Assembly: GCA_013239625.1 (NCBI GenBank)
Contig: MU053216.1
Coordinates: forward strand, 1,514,943 to 1,578,942
Direction of reading: 5' to 3'
Source: Lama guanicoe
Taxonomy: Eukaryota
DNA: 64,000 nucleotides
In this document: one piece after another, positions 38,380-50,420 of the stretch
How the letters are laid out: each line of letters begins with the position of its first letter
Position numbering within the stretch: position 1 is the stretch's first letter
Notes under the pieces: generated by a model
Told to the model about the DNA's origin: nothing
Databases searched by the model: none
What the model saw: only the letters and a program-made list of their open reading frames with translations
Translations under genes and position numbers: made by a program

Positions 38380-39290
38380 TAGCGTCAGTTATGTCTCCAC
38401 AGGTACCGTGCACGTGCTTACAGTTCACCTGTTTAAAGTGTGCAGTTGATTGGTTTTTAGTGTATTCGTAGGGTGGTACAGCCATTCAGTCAGTTTTAGA
38501 AAATTTTCGTTTCCCCAGGAAGAAACCCCAGGCCGTTCCCCATCGCACACACACGCCCTCAGCCTTAGGCAGCCACTGCCCCACTTTCTGTCCCTGGATT
38601 TCTCTCTGCTGGGCTTTCAAGTGAATGCGGCCGCACAGTATGTGCTCTTTGGTGATGATCTGCTTCCACTGAGCGTACCGTTTGCCAGGCTCACCCGTGC
38701 TGCAGCATTTTATTGCCGAGTAACAGCCCGTTGTGAGGCCATACCGTGTTTGTGTGTCCATTCCCTCGTTCCTGGACGTCTAGGTTGTCCCCAGTCTTTG
38801 GCTGCTACAGTCATGCTGCTGTGAACATTCAGGGACAGGCCTTCACGTGGACACGTGTTTTCACTGCTGTCAGCAGACGCCTAGGAGCGGAGCTGCCAGC
38901 TCACACAGTGGCTCCATGTTGAACATTTTGAGGAACCACCAGACTGTTTTCAGATTTGGCTTCTCAGTTTACATCCCCACCTGCAGACTGTGAGGTTCCG
39001 GCTTCTCCACATCCTCTTCAGCAGTTACGTTATCCGTCGTTCTCAGTCTGGCCGAGCTAGGGGGTATGGGGTGCTTCTGGTCTGCATCTCCCCGGTGAGC
39101 AGTGACGTGGGGCCTCATCTCGTGTGCTCGTGGGCCGTTTGTGTGTCTTTGGAGAAATGTCTGCTTAAATCCTTTACCCGTTTTTAAACTGGGTTGTCGT
39201 TTTGAGTTGTGAAAGGTCTTTATGGATTCTAGGTGACCCTTGTCAGATACATGATTTGCAAATCTTTTCTCCCAGTCTGTGAGCTGCAGC
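38380..39290 (-). mobile_element. L1 (L1MB-like) 3' portion, unusually CpG-rich
   Basis: ttcacctgtttaaagtgtgcagtt, ttttgaggaaccaccagactgttttc, tttggagaaatgtctg. Confidence 0.75.
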
Positions 39291-39550
39291 TGTTTTTTAT
39301 ATTTATTTTTAGTTTTATTGGAACAACTCAGTAACATGGCTAAATAAATCAGGTGGCAGTAAAAGCTGATACGGAAAAACAGCATTTCCTTCTGCCCAGT
39401 ATGGCTCCCTGCAGGCCGCCCTCCACTTTGTTAGCGGTTTCTTCTTTTACAATGTTAAAGATGTTCTGTATATTGGCAGGAGCCATCTATTTATTTAAAT
39501 AATCCGAGTGTAGACTAAGAAGCACCTTTGCGTCATTACCCCCCTACACT

Positions 39551-39572
39551 CACACACACACACACACACACA
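39551..39572. repeat. (CA)n microsatellite
   Basis: Direct reading. Confidence 0.9.
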
Positions 39573-39845
39573 GGACTGAAACACAAGCTTCACAAACGAC
39601 ACTACTTCTATTGTATGTGGTCATTTTCTTATGTGCTTTTTGGGCTGTTTCCCTAAACATATCCCCGCGGCCGCCCACGACGTTGGTCGCACAGACATGC
39701 TGAGATGCACAGCACAGAAAGTGCTCCTGAGGGAATGTTAATCTTAGCGAAGCCTCTTTACATACCCGTCGTCATTTTCTTTTGAGAGACGTTAAGATTT
39801 TGTAATCTTGGTCGTTTTGAAAATGTCCTTTGCATTTCATTTCAG

Positions 39846-40109
39846 ATTGGAAGAGTGGGGAGATTAGGTCAGAGCGGAACAGCCATTACTTTCATCAACA
39901 ACAGCTCGAAAAGGCTCTTCTGGGATGTTGCGAAGCGCGTGGGGCCCACGGGCTCCCTGCTCCCCCCGCAGCTGCTGAATTCGCCTTACCTTCACGAGCA
40001 GAAGAGGAAGGAACAGCAGAGAGACAGACGGACTCAGAGTGATCTGGTCACAGGAGCTAATCTCATGGACATTATTAGAAAACATGATAAGAGTAATTCT
40101 CAAAGATGA
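39846..40109 (+). CDS. DDX59: DDX59 final coding exon (motif VI IGRVGR to stop)
   Basis: tttcag|[16 protein letters not shown]...[11 protein letters not shown] at 40107-40109; spliced CDS 1881 nt = 626 aa. Confidence 0.97.
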   Translation: MGRVGRLGQSGTAITFINNSSKRLFWDVAKRVGPTGSLLPPQLLNSPYLHEQKRKEQQRDRRTQSDLVTGANLMDIIRKHDKSNSQR

Positions 40110-40183
40110 TTTGTTGTCCCCTTTGAATAGTTTTTATTGTGTCTTGTCAGTGAAATGTCTGTGCAGTATTGCCGTTTGGTTTC

Positions 40184-40336
40184 AATAAATGAGACATGTA
40201 CAGGAAGCAAAAAATTAACATGATTTAAAAATTTTAATAGGCTGTCAATTTATACAGAAATGTTGTATTTATTTTCCTGTTTAATTTTCAGAAATTAAAA
40301 ACAGCGTCAGAAAGTGAATTACTAAATAAAATTAAA
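40184..40336 (+). terminator. DDX59: DDX59 polyadenylation signals
   Basis: AATAAA at 40184-40189 and 40325-40330, ATTAAA at 40331-40336, in an AU-rich 3'UTR. Confidence 0.7.
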
Positions 40337-40648
40337 AATTATTCTCTCTGAAAAAAATTTTTTTTCAATATATATCCCTTGTAGCTACTGTCAGAACCGG
40401 AAACCTGCACAGCCAGGCGTCCGACTCCAATGGTGCTTGTTGTGTTTGACGCACACTGTGCTGCACGCACGCTGGCACCTGGGTGATTGTTGAATCAGTG
40501 AGTGTTAGGAAGAAAACAAATGATAAAAAAAGGGGAGACGTGGTCAGTGCTCCTTTTAAAGGAAGCATGAAGTAATCTTTTCTTTCTCACTTTTCCTTTC
40601 AGCTGGGTAAACATAAATTTATTTTCTGTTTAACGTGGGCTGCTCAGA

Positions 40649-42625
40649 TTTCCGGTCAAGATGAGTGAGTAGTAGGGGCACGAGCTCGCCTCCTCCCACG
40701 GACACAACAGAGCCACAGCCGACTGCTGGACAGCTGTCAGTGAGAAAGCCTGGAACCTGCCCGGGGCCTGCCTGGAGCCTGCCTGGAACCTGCCCCGGGC
40801 CTGCCCGGAGCCTGCCTGGAACCTGCCTGGGGCCTGCCTGGAGCCTGCCTGGAGCCTGCCTGGAACCTGCCCCGGGCCTGCCGAGAAAAATCTGCAACTG
40901 GAAGCAGAGGGAGCCATGGCAGGAGGTCGGAGAGATGTGCTCCCGATATAGTCAGGCCCCATACACCCCAGGTGGGTGACCCACAAGCTGAATGATTAAG
41001 CCGCAGAGGCCCTCCCACAGGAGTGAGAGTTCTGAGCCCCACGTCAGGCCCCCCAGCCCAGGGTTCTGGCTCTGGGAGGAGACCCCAGGACATCTGGTTT
41101 TGAAGGCCAGTGGGGCTTAGCTCCAGGAGCCCCACGGGACTGCGGGAAACAGAGGCTTCACTCTTAAAGAGTTTACAGAGAATCTCATGTGGACCAGGTC
41201 CAAGGGCAGAGGCAGTGATTTCATAGGAATACGGTCCAGGCCTGCCTGCTGGTTTTGGAGGATCTCCAGGGGACATAGGGGACAGCTTTGACTCACCCAG
41301 GGGACATAAAAGCTGGTGGCAGACATTCCAGGAGTGTTCATCTACATGAGCTTTCCTGGAGGCTGACGTCTTGGTTTGCTCATTAGCACCAAGACCTAGT
41401 GCTACCCAACAGCCTGTAGGGAAGCCTCAGGCCAAACAACATAGAGGGTGGGAGCACAGCCTCACCCATCAGCAGACCTCCTGAGCCACAAAGGCCTCTA
41501 GACAGGACCCTACCCACCAGAGGTCCAGGACCAAGCTTCACCCAGCAGTGGGCAGGCACTGGCTCCTCCTGCCAGGAACCCTGCATAAGCATCTAGTCCA
41601 GCCTCATCCACCAGGGGCAGATACCAGAAATAAGAAAACAACATCGCAAAGCCTGTGAAAGGAATCCACAAAAACAGGCCAGACTCTGCCCTGGGACCGG
41701 CTGGACCCTGACCCTTGGGTGACAAGAGAGGAGTGTACTGCTGGGACACATAGGATGTCTCCCCAGAGGGCCACCTCTCCAAGGTCAAGAAAGTAACTAA
41801 CTCACCTTAAAAAAAAAAAAAAAGACAATATGAGGCAGCAAAGGATTATCTCCCAGGCCAAGGCACAAGGTAAAATCCCACACGAAGAACTAAGTGATGA
41901 GGAGATAGGCCGTTTATCTGAGAAAGAGTTTAAAATAATGATGGCCAAGATGTTCAGAGAACTCAAGAGGAGTACAGATGCACAGAGCAAAGAGCTGGAA
42001 AATACAAAGAATACCAAAACAGTTGAAGAATAAAATCACTGAAATGAATAACACTAGAAGGAACCAAGAATAGACTAAATGAGGCAGAAGAACAGATCAG
42101 TGAGCTAGAAGACAGATTAGTAGAAATCACTACTGTTGAACAGAAAAAAGGAAAAAGGATGAAAAGAAATGAGGATAATTTAAGAGAACTCTGGGACAAC
42201 ATGAAGAACACTAAGATTCGCATTATAGGGGTCCCAGAAAGAGGAGAGAGAGAGAGAAAGGACCTGAGAAAAATTTTGGAGAGATAATCACTGAAAACTT
42301 CCCCATCTTGGGAAAGGAAACAGTCACCCAAGTCCAGGAAGCACAGAGAGTACCACACAGGATCAACCCAAAGAGGAACACACCGAGGCACATAGTCATC
42401 AAATTGACAAAAATTAAGGATAAGGACAAAACATTAAAATCAGCAAGAGAAGAGCAACAAATAACACACAAGGGAACTCCCATAAGCTGGTTTTCCAGCA
42501 GAACTGCAGGCCAGAAGGGAGTGGCACGACATTTAAAGTGATGAGGGGGGAAACTTACAACCAAGAACACTCCCCAGCAAGGCTCTCACTCAGATCTGCT
42601 GGAGAAACCAAAAGCTTCACAGAGA
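40649..42625 (+). mobile_element. L1 5'UTR plus frameshifted ORF1, lacking ORF2/3' end
   Basis: Start ttccggtcaagatg...gagctcgcctcctcccac; ORF1 peptides LSEKEFKIMMAKMFRE (from 41830) and QEAQRVPHRINPKRNTPRHIVIKLTK. Confidence 0.9.
40748..40882. repeat. 11-bp minisatellite (gcctggagcct-like) x12
   Basis: Units gcctggaacct / gcccggggcct / gcctggagcct in a mostly three-unit higher-order cycle. Confidence 0.95.
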
Positions 42626-42665
42626 AGTTTGTGTGTGTGTGTGTGGTTTCACAACAACTCTGTGT

Positions 42666-42790
42666 GGGGGGGGCGGTAATTAGGTTTGTTTATTTATTTA
42701 CTTACTTACTTGGTGGGGGTGCTGGGGATTGAACTCAGGATCCTGCGCCTGCTAGGCATGCACTGTGCCACTGCGCTACGCCCTCCCCCT
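42666..42790 (-). mobile_element. tRNA-Ala-derived SINE (Vic-1-like)
   Basis: ggcggtaattaggtttg...gctggggattgaactcaggatcc. Confidence 0.85.
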
Positions 42791-43738
42791 CGTAACATCC
42801 TTATGAAGAACATTGCCACCGACTTAAACTATGGCTCTCACTGATTAATTTACTTTAATCAATCTCAGCTGGCTCCATGAACTGACATATTTTCTGATAA
42901 AACTACACTATTTCCTTGTGGCAGGCTGAGCATTATTCAGGTTGTGCCCTCCTGTGGAATTAGTGTCAGCACATCCCTTACCGCCGTGTTGTGTTTACTG
43001 CTTCCCACAGTCCACACAGAGCTCCAAACCCGGGGTAGGTTTGGTACAGGAGGGGACATGTCATTCGAGGTGACGTTCCTGACAGCCACACGTAAACTGA
43101 CTCCGGACAGACAGGACTCTGTTGTCTCCCAGACACACTTAGGGTGACCCCGGAGACTCTGAGGTCACGGTGTGAAAACCAACCGACGATAATTGAGTCA
43201 ACACGGCTCTCTTGTTCTGCTGTGGGAGTGAGGACCGGTTTTAGGAGGGCACAGGTCGTGTTGTCCGACAGAATTACGAATGAACCTAAGACAAATGTTT
43301 ACTGTTCCAGCGTGCTTACAGAGAGTCATTTGTAAAATGCTTACAAACAGTGATTTTAAAATTTGACTTTTGGCTTTCTGAAAAATTTGCATAGCCTTAC
43401 TTTTCTCATTTCATCTCAGAAAGATAAAAAGTTGGCAAAGCCTCTTGCAAATTTTCCCTTTTAGGCAGGGAAATCAGTCAGTGCTGCTGATCCTTAGCTT
43501 GTCTCCTCTGTGAGGTGAGAAGGTTGGTCTAAAATTCTCTGAACTACAATCTACACGTTCTGTGCTTCTTGCTTTTAAAACCCTCCCGTCTGGAATGTGC
43601 TTCGGAATCACACAGGGCGGCAAGTCTAGAGGAAGCTAGGTTGGCCGGGAGTTGCTCATTCTGGAAGCCAGGTGCTGGGTCCGGGGAAATTCATTACTCT
43701 CTGCCCTACATTTGATGTGTTTAAAAATACCGTGCTCC

Positions 43739-43860
43739 GGGGGAGGGTGCAGCTCAGAGGTGGGGCATGTGCTTAGCAGGCACGAGCTCCTGGGTTCCAT
43801 CCCCAGTCCTTCCATGAAATAAATAACCCTAATTACCTCCCCCCCAAAAACAAAAAACGT
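43739..43860 (+). mobile_element. tRNA-Ala-derived SINE (Vic-1-like)
   Basis: gggggagggtgcagctcagaggtggggcatgtgcttagc...aaataaccctaattacctccccc. Confidence 0.9.
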
Positions 43861-44995
43861 GGAGGTGGAGCAGATAAAATCGTGCAGTCTGTAATGAAAG
43901 CACACGTGTCCCACCCCTCGCCCTGTGCCCCCGGCGCGTGCCAGTTCCTGCTGCGCCTCTGGCTCAGACTCCACCTGCCTGGAGCCAGGCTGACCGCCTT
44001 CCTCGTCGAGAGCCGGTTCGCCCTTGCCGGCTCCCCGTTGCCTGCGTCGTGCTCATGACCAGGGACACTGCCCGCTCGTCCTTGCCCTCTTCTCCGTGTC
44101 TGCTTAGTTACCGAGTCCTGCTCTTCCTTCAGAACATCCACATTCTCACACTCCCGCGGACGCCCAGGACTCCGTCGCCTGAAACCTGGTTGTTCCAGCC
44201 TCTTCTGAAGCTGGCTGTTCCGACGCCAGGACCCGCACTCGGGGTCTCTTGCGCAGAGCAGGGGGGCATTTGGGAGTATTGTTCCGCTTCTTCCCTGACG
44301 TCTCCTTGCTCAGAAGTCTTCAGCGGCCTCTGGGACAGCAGCGGCAAGTCAGAGTTCCTCTGGCATCCAGAGCCTCCTCCATCCGAGGCCCCGTTACAGC
44401 TTTCTTCCCCGGCTCCCCAGCCTGGACCATCTGCTCCGCTTCCCAGGATGGCACTGGACACCACTGCTGGGGGATCACACGGCTCACCCCACCTTCCGGG
44501 ACACGTCCAGGACCCATCATCAACGGGGCCGTCAGGAACTGCCGTGCCCCTGGCGTGCCCCCATCACCCAGCGCCACTGAAGGGAAGCCAGGATCCGCTG
44601 ACGGAAGGACAGTTAAGTTAGGGAGGGGGTGTTTCAGCGTTTTCTTCTGTTTTGTTTCCTGGTGGTCTTTACAGTGGAATTACAGCGAATTTTAAGGGCT
44701 CGAAGTCAGGAAATAACAGGAAAGCGAATTCTGGACCCAGGGCAGCATTTTAGAAGCGACCGAGCTGCCGCAGTGTGCGAGGCCGAGAGCCGCGTACTAC
44801 CGGCCAGGGCTGCTGCTTCGGGGCCGGGGCGGGGGGGAAGCCGTCTGCGAACGGTTGTTACAGTTTTTCAGACATTTCACACAATTAGCTCATGACGTTC
44901 ATGAATTAAAACGTGTAAAAGATGCAGAAAACTAATTGCGAATGGTATTTTACATATCCGTGTGTACACGTGTGTGTCCGCAAACGTGCACATGG

Positions 44996-45038
44996 GCACG
45001 CGTGCGCATGCACACACACGCACACACACACACACACA
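44996..45038. repeat. Alternating purine-pyrimidine / (CA)n tract
   Basis: gcacgcgtgcgcatgcacacacacgcacaca... Confidence 0.85.
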
Positions 45039-47399
45039 GTGTCTTTGGAGGAACAGTACGAAGGCAGACTTGTAGCCTGTGGGGAAAGCTGGGACGCGTC
45101 CACGTCACAATACGTCCTTTTTAAATAACGGGCAGATTCCGTATTTGCTTTTTTATGGGTAACTGGGTACTAAGTTTCCGTTCATTCCTTTAGATTTGGG
45201 GATGGAGGAGGAGTGTGGAGTTCGTGTGCTTGTAAGCAGTACTATTTCAGTGTCATGTTATGAGGAAGGACAGCACCGTGCTAGTTAAACGGGTTGTACA
45301 CTTGAGCTCTCATCTGTAGATGTGGACCAGCGCACGTGGAAGTGCAATTCATTCAGGCCTCGGGGAAACCAAGGACTTCAGCTCAGTGATGCTGGAGAGC
45401 TGTTACTGCGAGGGGACGCGCTTTGGATTTCTTTTTTAATAAGAGGTCATTGTAAATGATTCAAGGGAAATTCCTGTGGGTTTTAAAGAAATGCCCAGAC
45501 TGCACGTGTTCTGGGCACATCAGTCCAGGACCTGGAGAACTGGTCTAGGCTCCCAGGTGAAGGAGGGCGAATGGCTTTGACTTCCCTGCCGTCTTCTCCT
45601 TGTATTCAGTGTGTACTGAGGTCATGTGGGTCTCATGGAACTATCCATGTCCTTCTAAAAAAAATCTGTACAATTGGATTCGTAGGATCTCCTTTTCCTT
45701 TAGGTGTAAATGACGCTTCTGAAGCTTTTCTTGATTAATTTCTGAGTGTGGTTTCAATCTTGGGGTCATAATAGTCTCAAAGAACAAATTTTTATTAATC
45801 TACATTCTGTTTTGCAAAAATATTGCTCTTCCAGTTTTATTCTGCAACTGAAGGACTACATACCTTTTGTGAGACTAATGAATCCAGCAGATTTATGTTT
45901 TTTTAAGAAATGCAAACAAAGAATCAGAGATACGTTTATAATAACCACTTCTTCCAAAACCAAAGTATGGACGCAATCTTAGTAGATTTCTTTCCTAATA
46001 CATCAACACATTTATAGGAGCAGTCTTGCACAGGTTTGAAGTCAGTAGTGTTAGCTATACATTCATTAAATTGCCAGAAAGCCATTGCAAATATTAATGT
46101 GACCGGGACTTGAGTCTACAGGTTGTGCGGTGACCTGTTATGATTTTCTAGACCTCGTGGTCCTTCATGGCTGCGAGTAATGTACACAAACGTCTTTTAG
46201 AAAAAGTCAGGCTCCTTAATCTATAAGCTTCAGACCAAGAGCTTTTGAAAGCAGAGACCATGAATCAGAGGCTTACGTTAGCTTTCACTACCAGCTTTTC
46301 TAATCTTGAAAAAATGCTAGTAACTGGAGGGTTTTAGTTCATTGCTTTAAAATTTCTAGTCTCCCATCTCCCCGCCCTGGCTCAGAAACCCCCAGCCCCT
46401 CCCCTAGCCCCTCCTCATTGGCACCAGTGCCCCAGACCCATCTGCCTGTCCGGCTTCCTCACGATTACCTCTGGTTCACATCTGAAGGACTGATGAGTTC
46501 ATTCTTACTGGAATTTGGGGAAAGTGACTTAAACTTTTTTGCACTTTTTTTTCTTGAAGAAACAAATGTGATATTTTAAAAATTTTATTTATATTTTGGT
46601 AAACAAAGTTTATTCTAGGAAGAGCAACTCACTGAGAGAGACAGCCGTTTTAAAATTTACATATATGTGCTGTTCATCGTTTCTAAGAACAGTTCAGAGC
46701 TAAATGTTTCATTTGGATGCATGATAAGGTGGTGGGATTTTGGGGACCGGGAAACATGGAAGGATAAGAGCTAAGCGCATGGAAGGCTGCGTACTAGGGA
46801 AATGTTCAGCTTTCCTGACAACCCAGTACAGATGAGAAAACCGAGGCGCAGAGAAGGGAATGAGGTTGCCGAGCAGGTGCAGCTTCAGGGCCTCCAGAAC
46901 GTGCCGTGAGCGAGGCAGCAGGTGCCCCGTGCGCGAGCTTTCGCGGTGGCCCCGGGCTGCTCCCTCAGACGACCCGCCCCCCGTGGAAGGCTGGCCAGCA
47001 CCCTGAGAGGCTTGCGATGGACCCAAAGCGCCGTCTCCTTGCTGAGGACAGAGCAGACATCCAGACGTCTGTCCAGTCACGTGGCTCCGGCCCCAGAGTC
47101 ATCGCAGACCTGGGGGGCCTCCTGACACCTCGGCCACCCGATCAGTGATTGTCAGGTGTCACCTACCCCACCCTCTTCCCACGTCTCAGTCAGTTACCAA
47201 ATCGCGTTGATCCTCAGCGTGCCACGTCCACTGCCTTGTTTCTGCCAGGTGTCACCGGCTTCCTCTTGGCCACACACCTGCCCCCTACCCCCGCAGCCCC
47301 GCCCTCCCCAGGCATGCGCTCTCACAATCTCCTTCCGCGAAGGGGCTTTCATCTTGAGCGTGAGCTTCGTGAGGTCCGAAGGCCTGGTTCTGAGCTCGG

Positions 47400-48750
47400 G
47401 TTCCATGTCCTATCAATCACTGAACAGCCCCAGCCGAGGTTTCACACAAACAAGTGGGGCAGGCGGGACGGGTTCAGGTTCAGCGCCCGGTACCGAGCGG
47501 GCCAGAGCATCACCTAGAGCCCCCCTGCACCCCGGGGCAGCCGCGTGAGGTCAGGCTCTGGGGCAGGCAGGCCGTCAAAGGTGGTGGTTTTAGGTGCGCT
47601 GAGCAGAGTCCGGGGTCGGGGAGAGGGAGGTCCGGGGTGGGGGGCAGTGAAGAGAAAGGGGAGCCCCCTCCACTGCATATTTTGTTTCTTTTTCTTTCCA
47701 CTTTCTTCTTTAGTTGGGGGGGCGGTAATTAGGTTTATTTATTGATTGAATGGAGGTCCTGGGGGTTGAACCCAGCACGGCCTGCATGCTGGGCATGCGC
47801 TCTGCCGCTGAGCTACACGCCCCCTTCTCCCTCCCACCTATTTCACTTCTCCAGGAAAGCCTCTCCCCTCCTGGAAAAGGAAGCAGAAAAGACTCCAGCC
47901 GGAGCCGAGGGGCACGGCAGGCTGGGAAAGCTGGCGTTTCCAGAGAGCTGTCTGTGCGGGTGAAAGGCAGCCTCCCCTGCTTCCTCCCCAGGACGCCCGC
48001 CGGGTGCGGGGGGAGAGTCGGAGCACAGCCGGGAGGGCCCAGGCCAGGCCCGGCCCCCAGGCCCGGATGCTCGCCCACCTCCCGGGCCAGGCAGCCCCCC
48101 TGCCGACCGCGCGCGTTCTGACGACCCCTTGCTGGTGCCTTTAACACAAAGGGAGAATGAGTTCACCGTGTCCCCGGGGAGGGAGCTGAGTTTACGGACG
48201 AGCGTGAGGGCAGGAGGCTCCGTGCCACCCTCCAGGAACAGGCCGGGTCACCTAAGAGCCTCCCAGTTTAGGGAAATGAGCAGAAACGAGGCTAATGAAA
48301 TTCAGTCTCAGGAAGCCGCACGGTCACGCGTTAAGGAGACTCCATCGCGCATTTAAATGGGGCCTTAACCGGGAGAGCCGCGAGAACAATGAGGAAAGCG
48401 CCCTGGGGCGAAAAACCGCGGCCTCCAGAGCGCTGTCGCAGACAGGCCTTCCCGTCCTTCAGGAGGTGGGGGGGCGCCGGCCCGCGGGCCCTCTGGTCCA
48501 AAATCCGGCTGCCGTCCTGGGCTCGCGGCTCCGCGGGGAACCTTGTGCTGCGCGGACAGCAGGAGGAGCCAGAGGGGAGGTGGCCTGGAGCTCGGGGACG
48601 TGCCGTAGTCTTTGACAAGGCATTTTCACCCTCTTCCCAAGCTGGGCACAGGAAGAATATACTTTGGCTCCGGCGTAACCAGTTTCAGAGAGGGGTCCTC
48701 GCCAGCCTTTTAAGCTTTCGTCCTCTTGCTGACGCGGTACTTCTCTCTAC
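47400..48750. promoter_or_regulatory. Orphan intergenic CpG-rich island
   Basis: High GC and CpG density between DDX59 and KIF14 with no recognisable coding exon. Confidence 0.5.
47716..47824 (-). mobile_element. tRNA-Ala-derived SINE (Vic-1-like), GC-shifted
   Basis: ggcggtaattaggtttatt...ggaggtcctgggggttgaacccagcacgg. Confidence 0.85.
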
Positions 48751-48934
48751 TGTGTATTTTTTGCAACTAAGCTTCTAAGTTAATTGCAGGGAGAGAGCAG
48801 GGAATTTTGTGACTCCCCTTTGCCAGGCAAAGCAGTAAAGCTGCTCATTTCTGGTTCTCCCAGCTCTCTGTCTCCGGGTCTGAATTCCTCTTTCGGGCAC
48901 AGAGGCGGGTTTCCCAGCAACAGAAGGAAGTGGG

Positions 48935-49145
48935 GAGGGGAAAGATAGGGGTAGGGGGCTGAGAGGTTATACAATTACTGTGTATAAAATAAATAAGCTA
49001 CGAGGCTATACTGTACAGCACGGGGCAGCAGCCGATAGTTTATAATGATTATAAAAGGATTGTGATCTTTAAAAATTGTGAATCATTATGTTGTACACTT
49101 GAAATTTACACAAGATTGCAAATCAACTATACCTCAGTTTAAAAT
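48935..49145 (+). mobile_element. L1 3' end
   Basis: gtataaaataaataagctacgaggctatactgtacagcacgggg...aatcaactatacctcag. Confidence 0.75.
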
Positions 49146-49149
49146 GTAT

Positions 49150-49300
49150 GTTCACTATGTATTGAAATATTTCTGATATGTTGGGCTAAATAAAATACGT
49201 TATTAAATGCTACCCTTTTCTTTTTACTTTTCTTAATAGCGCCACGGTAAGATTTGAGGTTCACGTGTGGCTAGTGTTACCTTGGATGGCCTTGCTTTAG
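49150..49300. mobile_element. MER33/MER3-like hAT relic
   Basis: gatatgttgggctaaataaaatacgttattaaa...tttctttttacttttcttaat. Confidence 0.5.
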
Positions 49301-50310
49301 ACTTTCAAAGAGTAGGACTGATTTCTGGGCTCCAGAGTGCATTCCCCTTGTTAAATTCAGGCAAATCCAACCATTCAGGGCACAGACTGATCAACGTGAA
49401 GTGTGTTTCGCTCTCCGTTTCTCAGGAAAATCGTCTCAAACTGCTCAGGCCTAATTGTTGTCAATTGTTGTGGACTTTCGAGGCCAATGAAAGGTTGTAG
49501 GACAGAGATTCAATTAATAATATTGAAGAAATGCAGCTGGGAGAAATAAAGGACTCAGTGAACAGACTCATTCTTTGGGCACTATTTCATATGAATTAAA
49601 TGAAACCCATGAAGTCCATCCAAACCGACTCCCCGGCCTGGGAAAACACTGTCACCACAGAAGACAGAAAATACCATCATTATCCATCTCTGTGTGCTGG
49701 AGGGACCCGGAACCAGTCATCCAAACAGAACACTGAACTCTTGTTGTGCCCCAGACCATCAGATCTGAAAAAAAAAAAAGAAAAAAAAGAAATGCAGAAC
49801 TGCTTCTGACGGTGGATTTCTTTTCTTTCCTGAGTGAGTCAGAGAACAGTCTGTGGTCTAAACCAGAAAGAAAGAAAAAAAAATCAAGCCTTCTGCAAAC
49901 AGGCAGAGGCATGTGGAAGCGTGTGGAATTGCTCATGAAGCTGCAAGGAAGTGACCCTCCCTTTCTCTGGCTGGAAAGGCTGATGATACAAATGCTTGCA
50001 GGCCAGGTGGCCTCTAATTTGACAGCCGCCTTCTTAAAGTCACAAATAAGAGAAGCAATCGCTTGGCACAGTCTTTTTAATGCTGTTTTTAAATAAGAAA
50101 ACTAATTTACATGAACACACAAACTAAAAAGTGATTATAAAAACTAAATGTCTATCAGTTTAGATAAGTCTAGACATTCCTGGGGTTACCATTTACCAGT
50201 ATCTGATTATTCTGTGATTATAAACTATTTTGGGGTTCAGATGGACAGCTGAATGATCTCTGCACATTCAATAGCCTTCCTAAAACCATCCTCTCTTTTT
50301 AAGCTTGTTG

Positions 50311-50420
50311 AGGGAGGGTACAGCTCAGTGGGAGAGCATGTGTTTAGCATGCACGAGGACCTGGATTCAATCCCCAATGCCTCCATTAAATAAATAGATA
50401 AACCAAGTTACCTCCCCCTT
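50311..50420 (+). mobile_element. tRNA-Ala-derived SINE (Vic-1-like)
   Basis: gggagggtacagctcagtgggagagcatgtgtttagcatgcacgaggacctggattcaatcccc. Confidence 0.9.

Noticed and set aside
40748..40882. Repeat array as CRISPR-like or coding (QAGSR repeats)
   Set aside because: No unique spacers, eukaryotic context; the ORFs are by-products of the minisatellite.
43938..44695. 227-aa and 148-aa intergenic ORFs
   Set aside because: Pro/Ser-rich, no domain or supporting splice structure.
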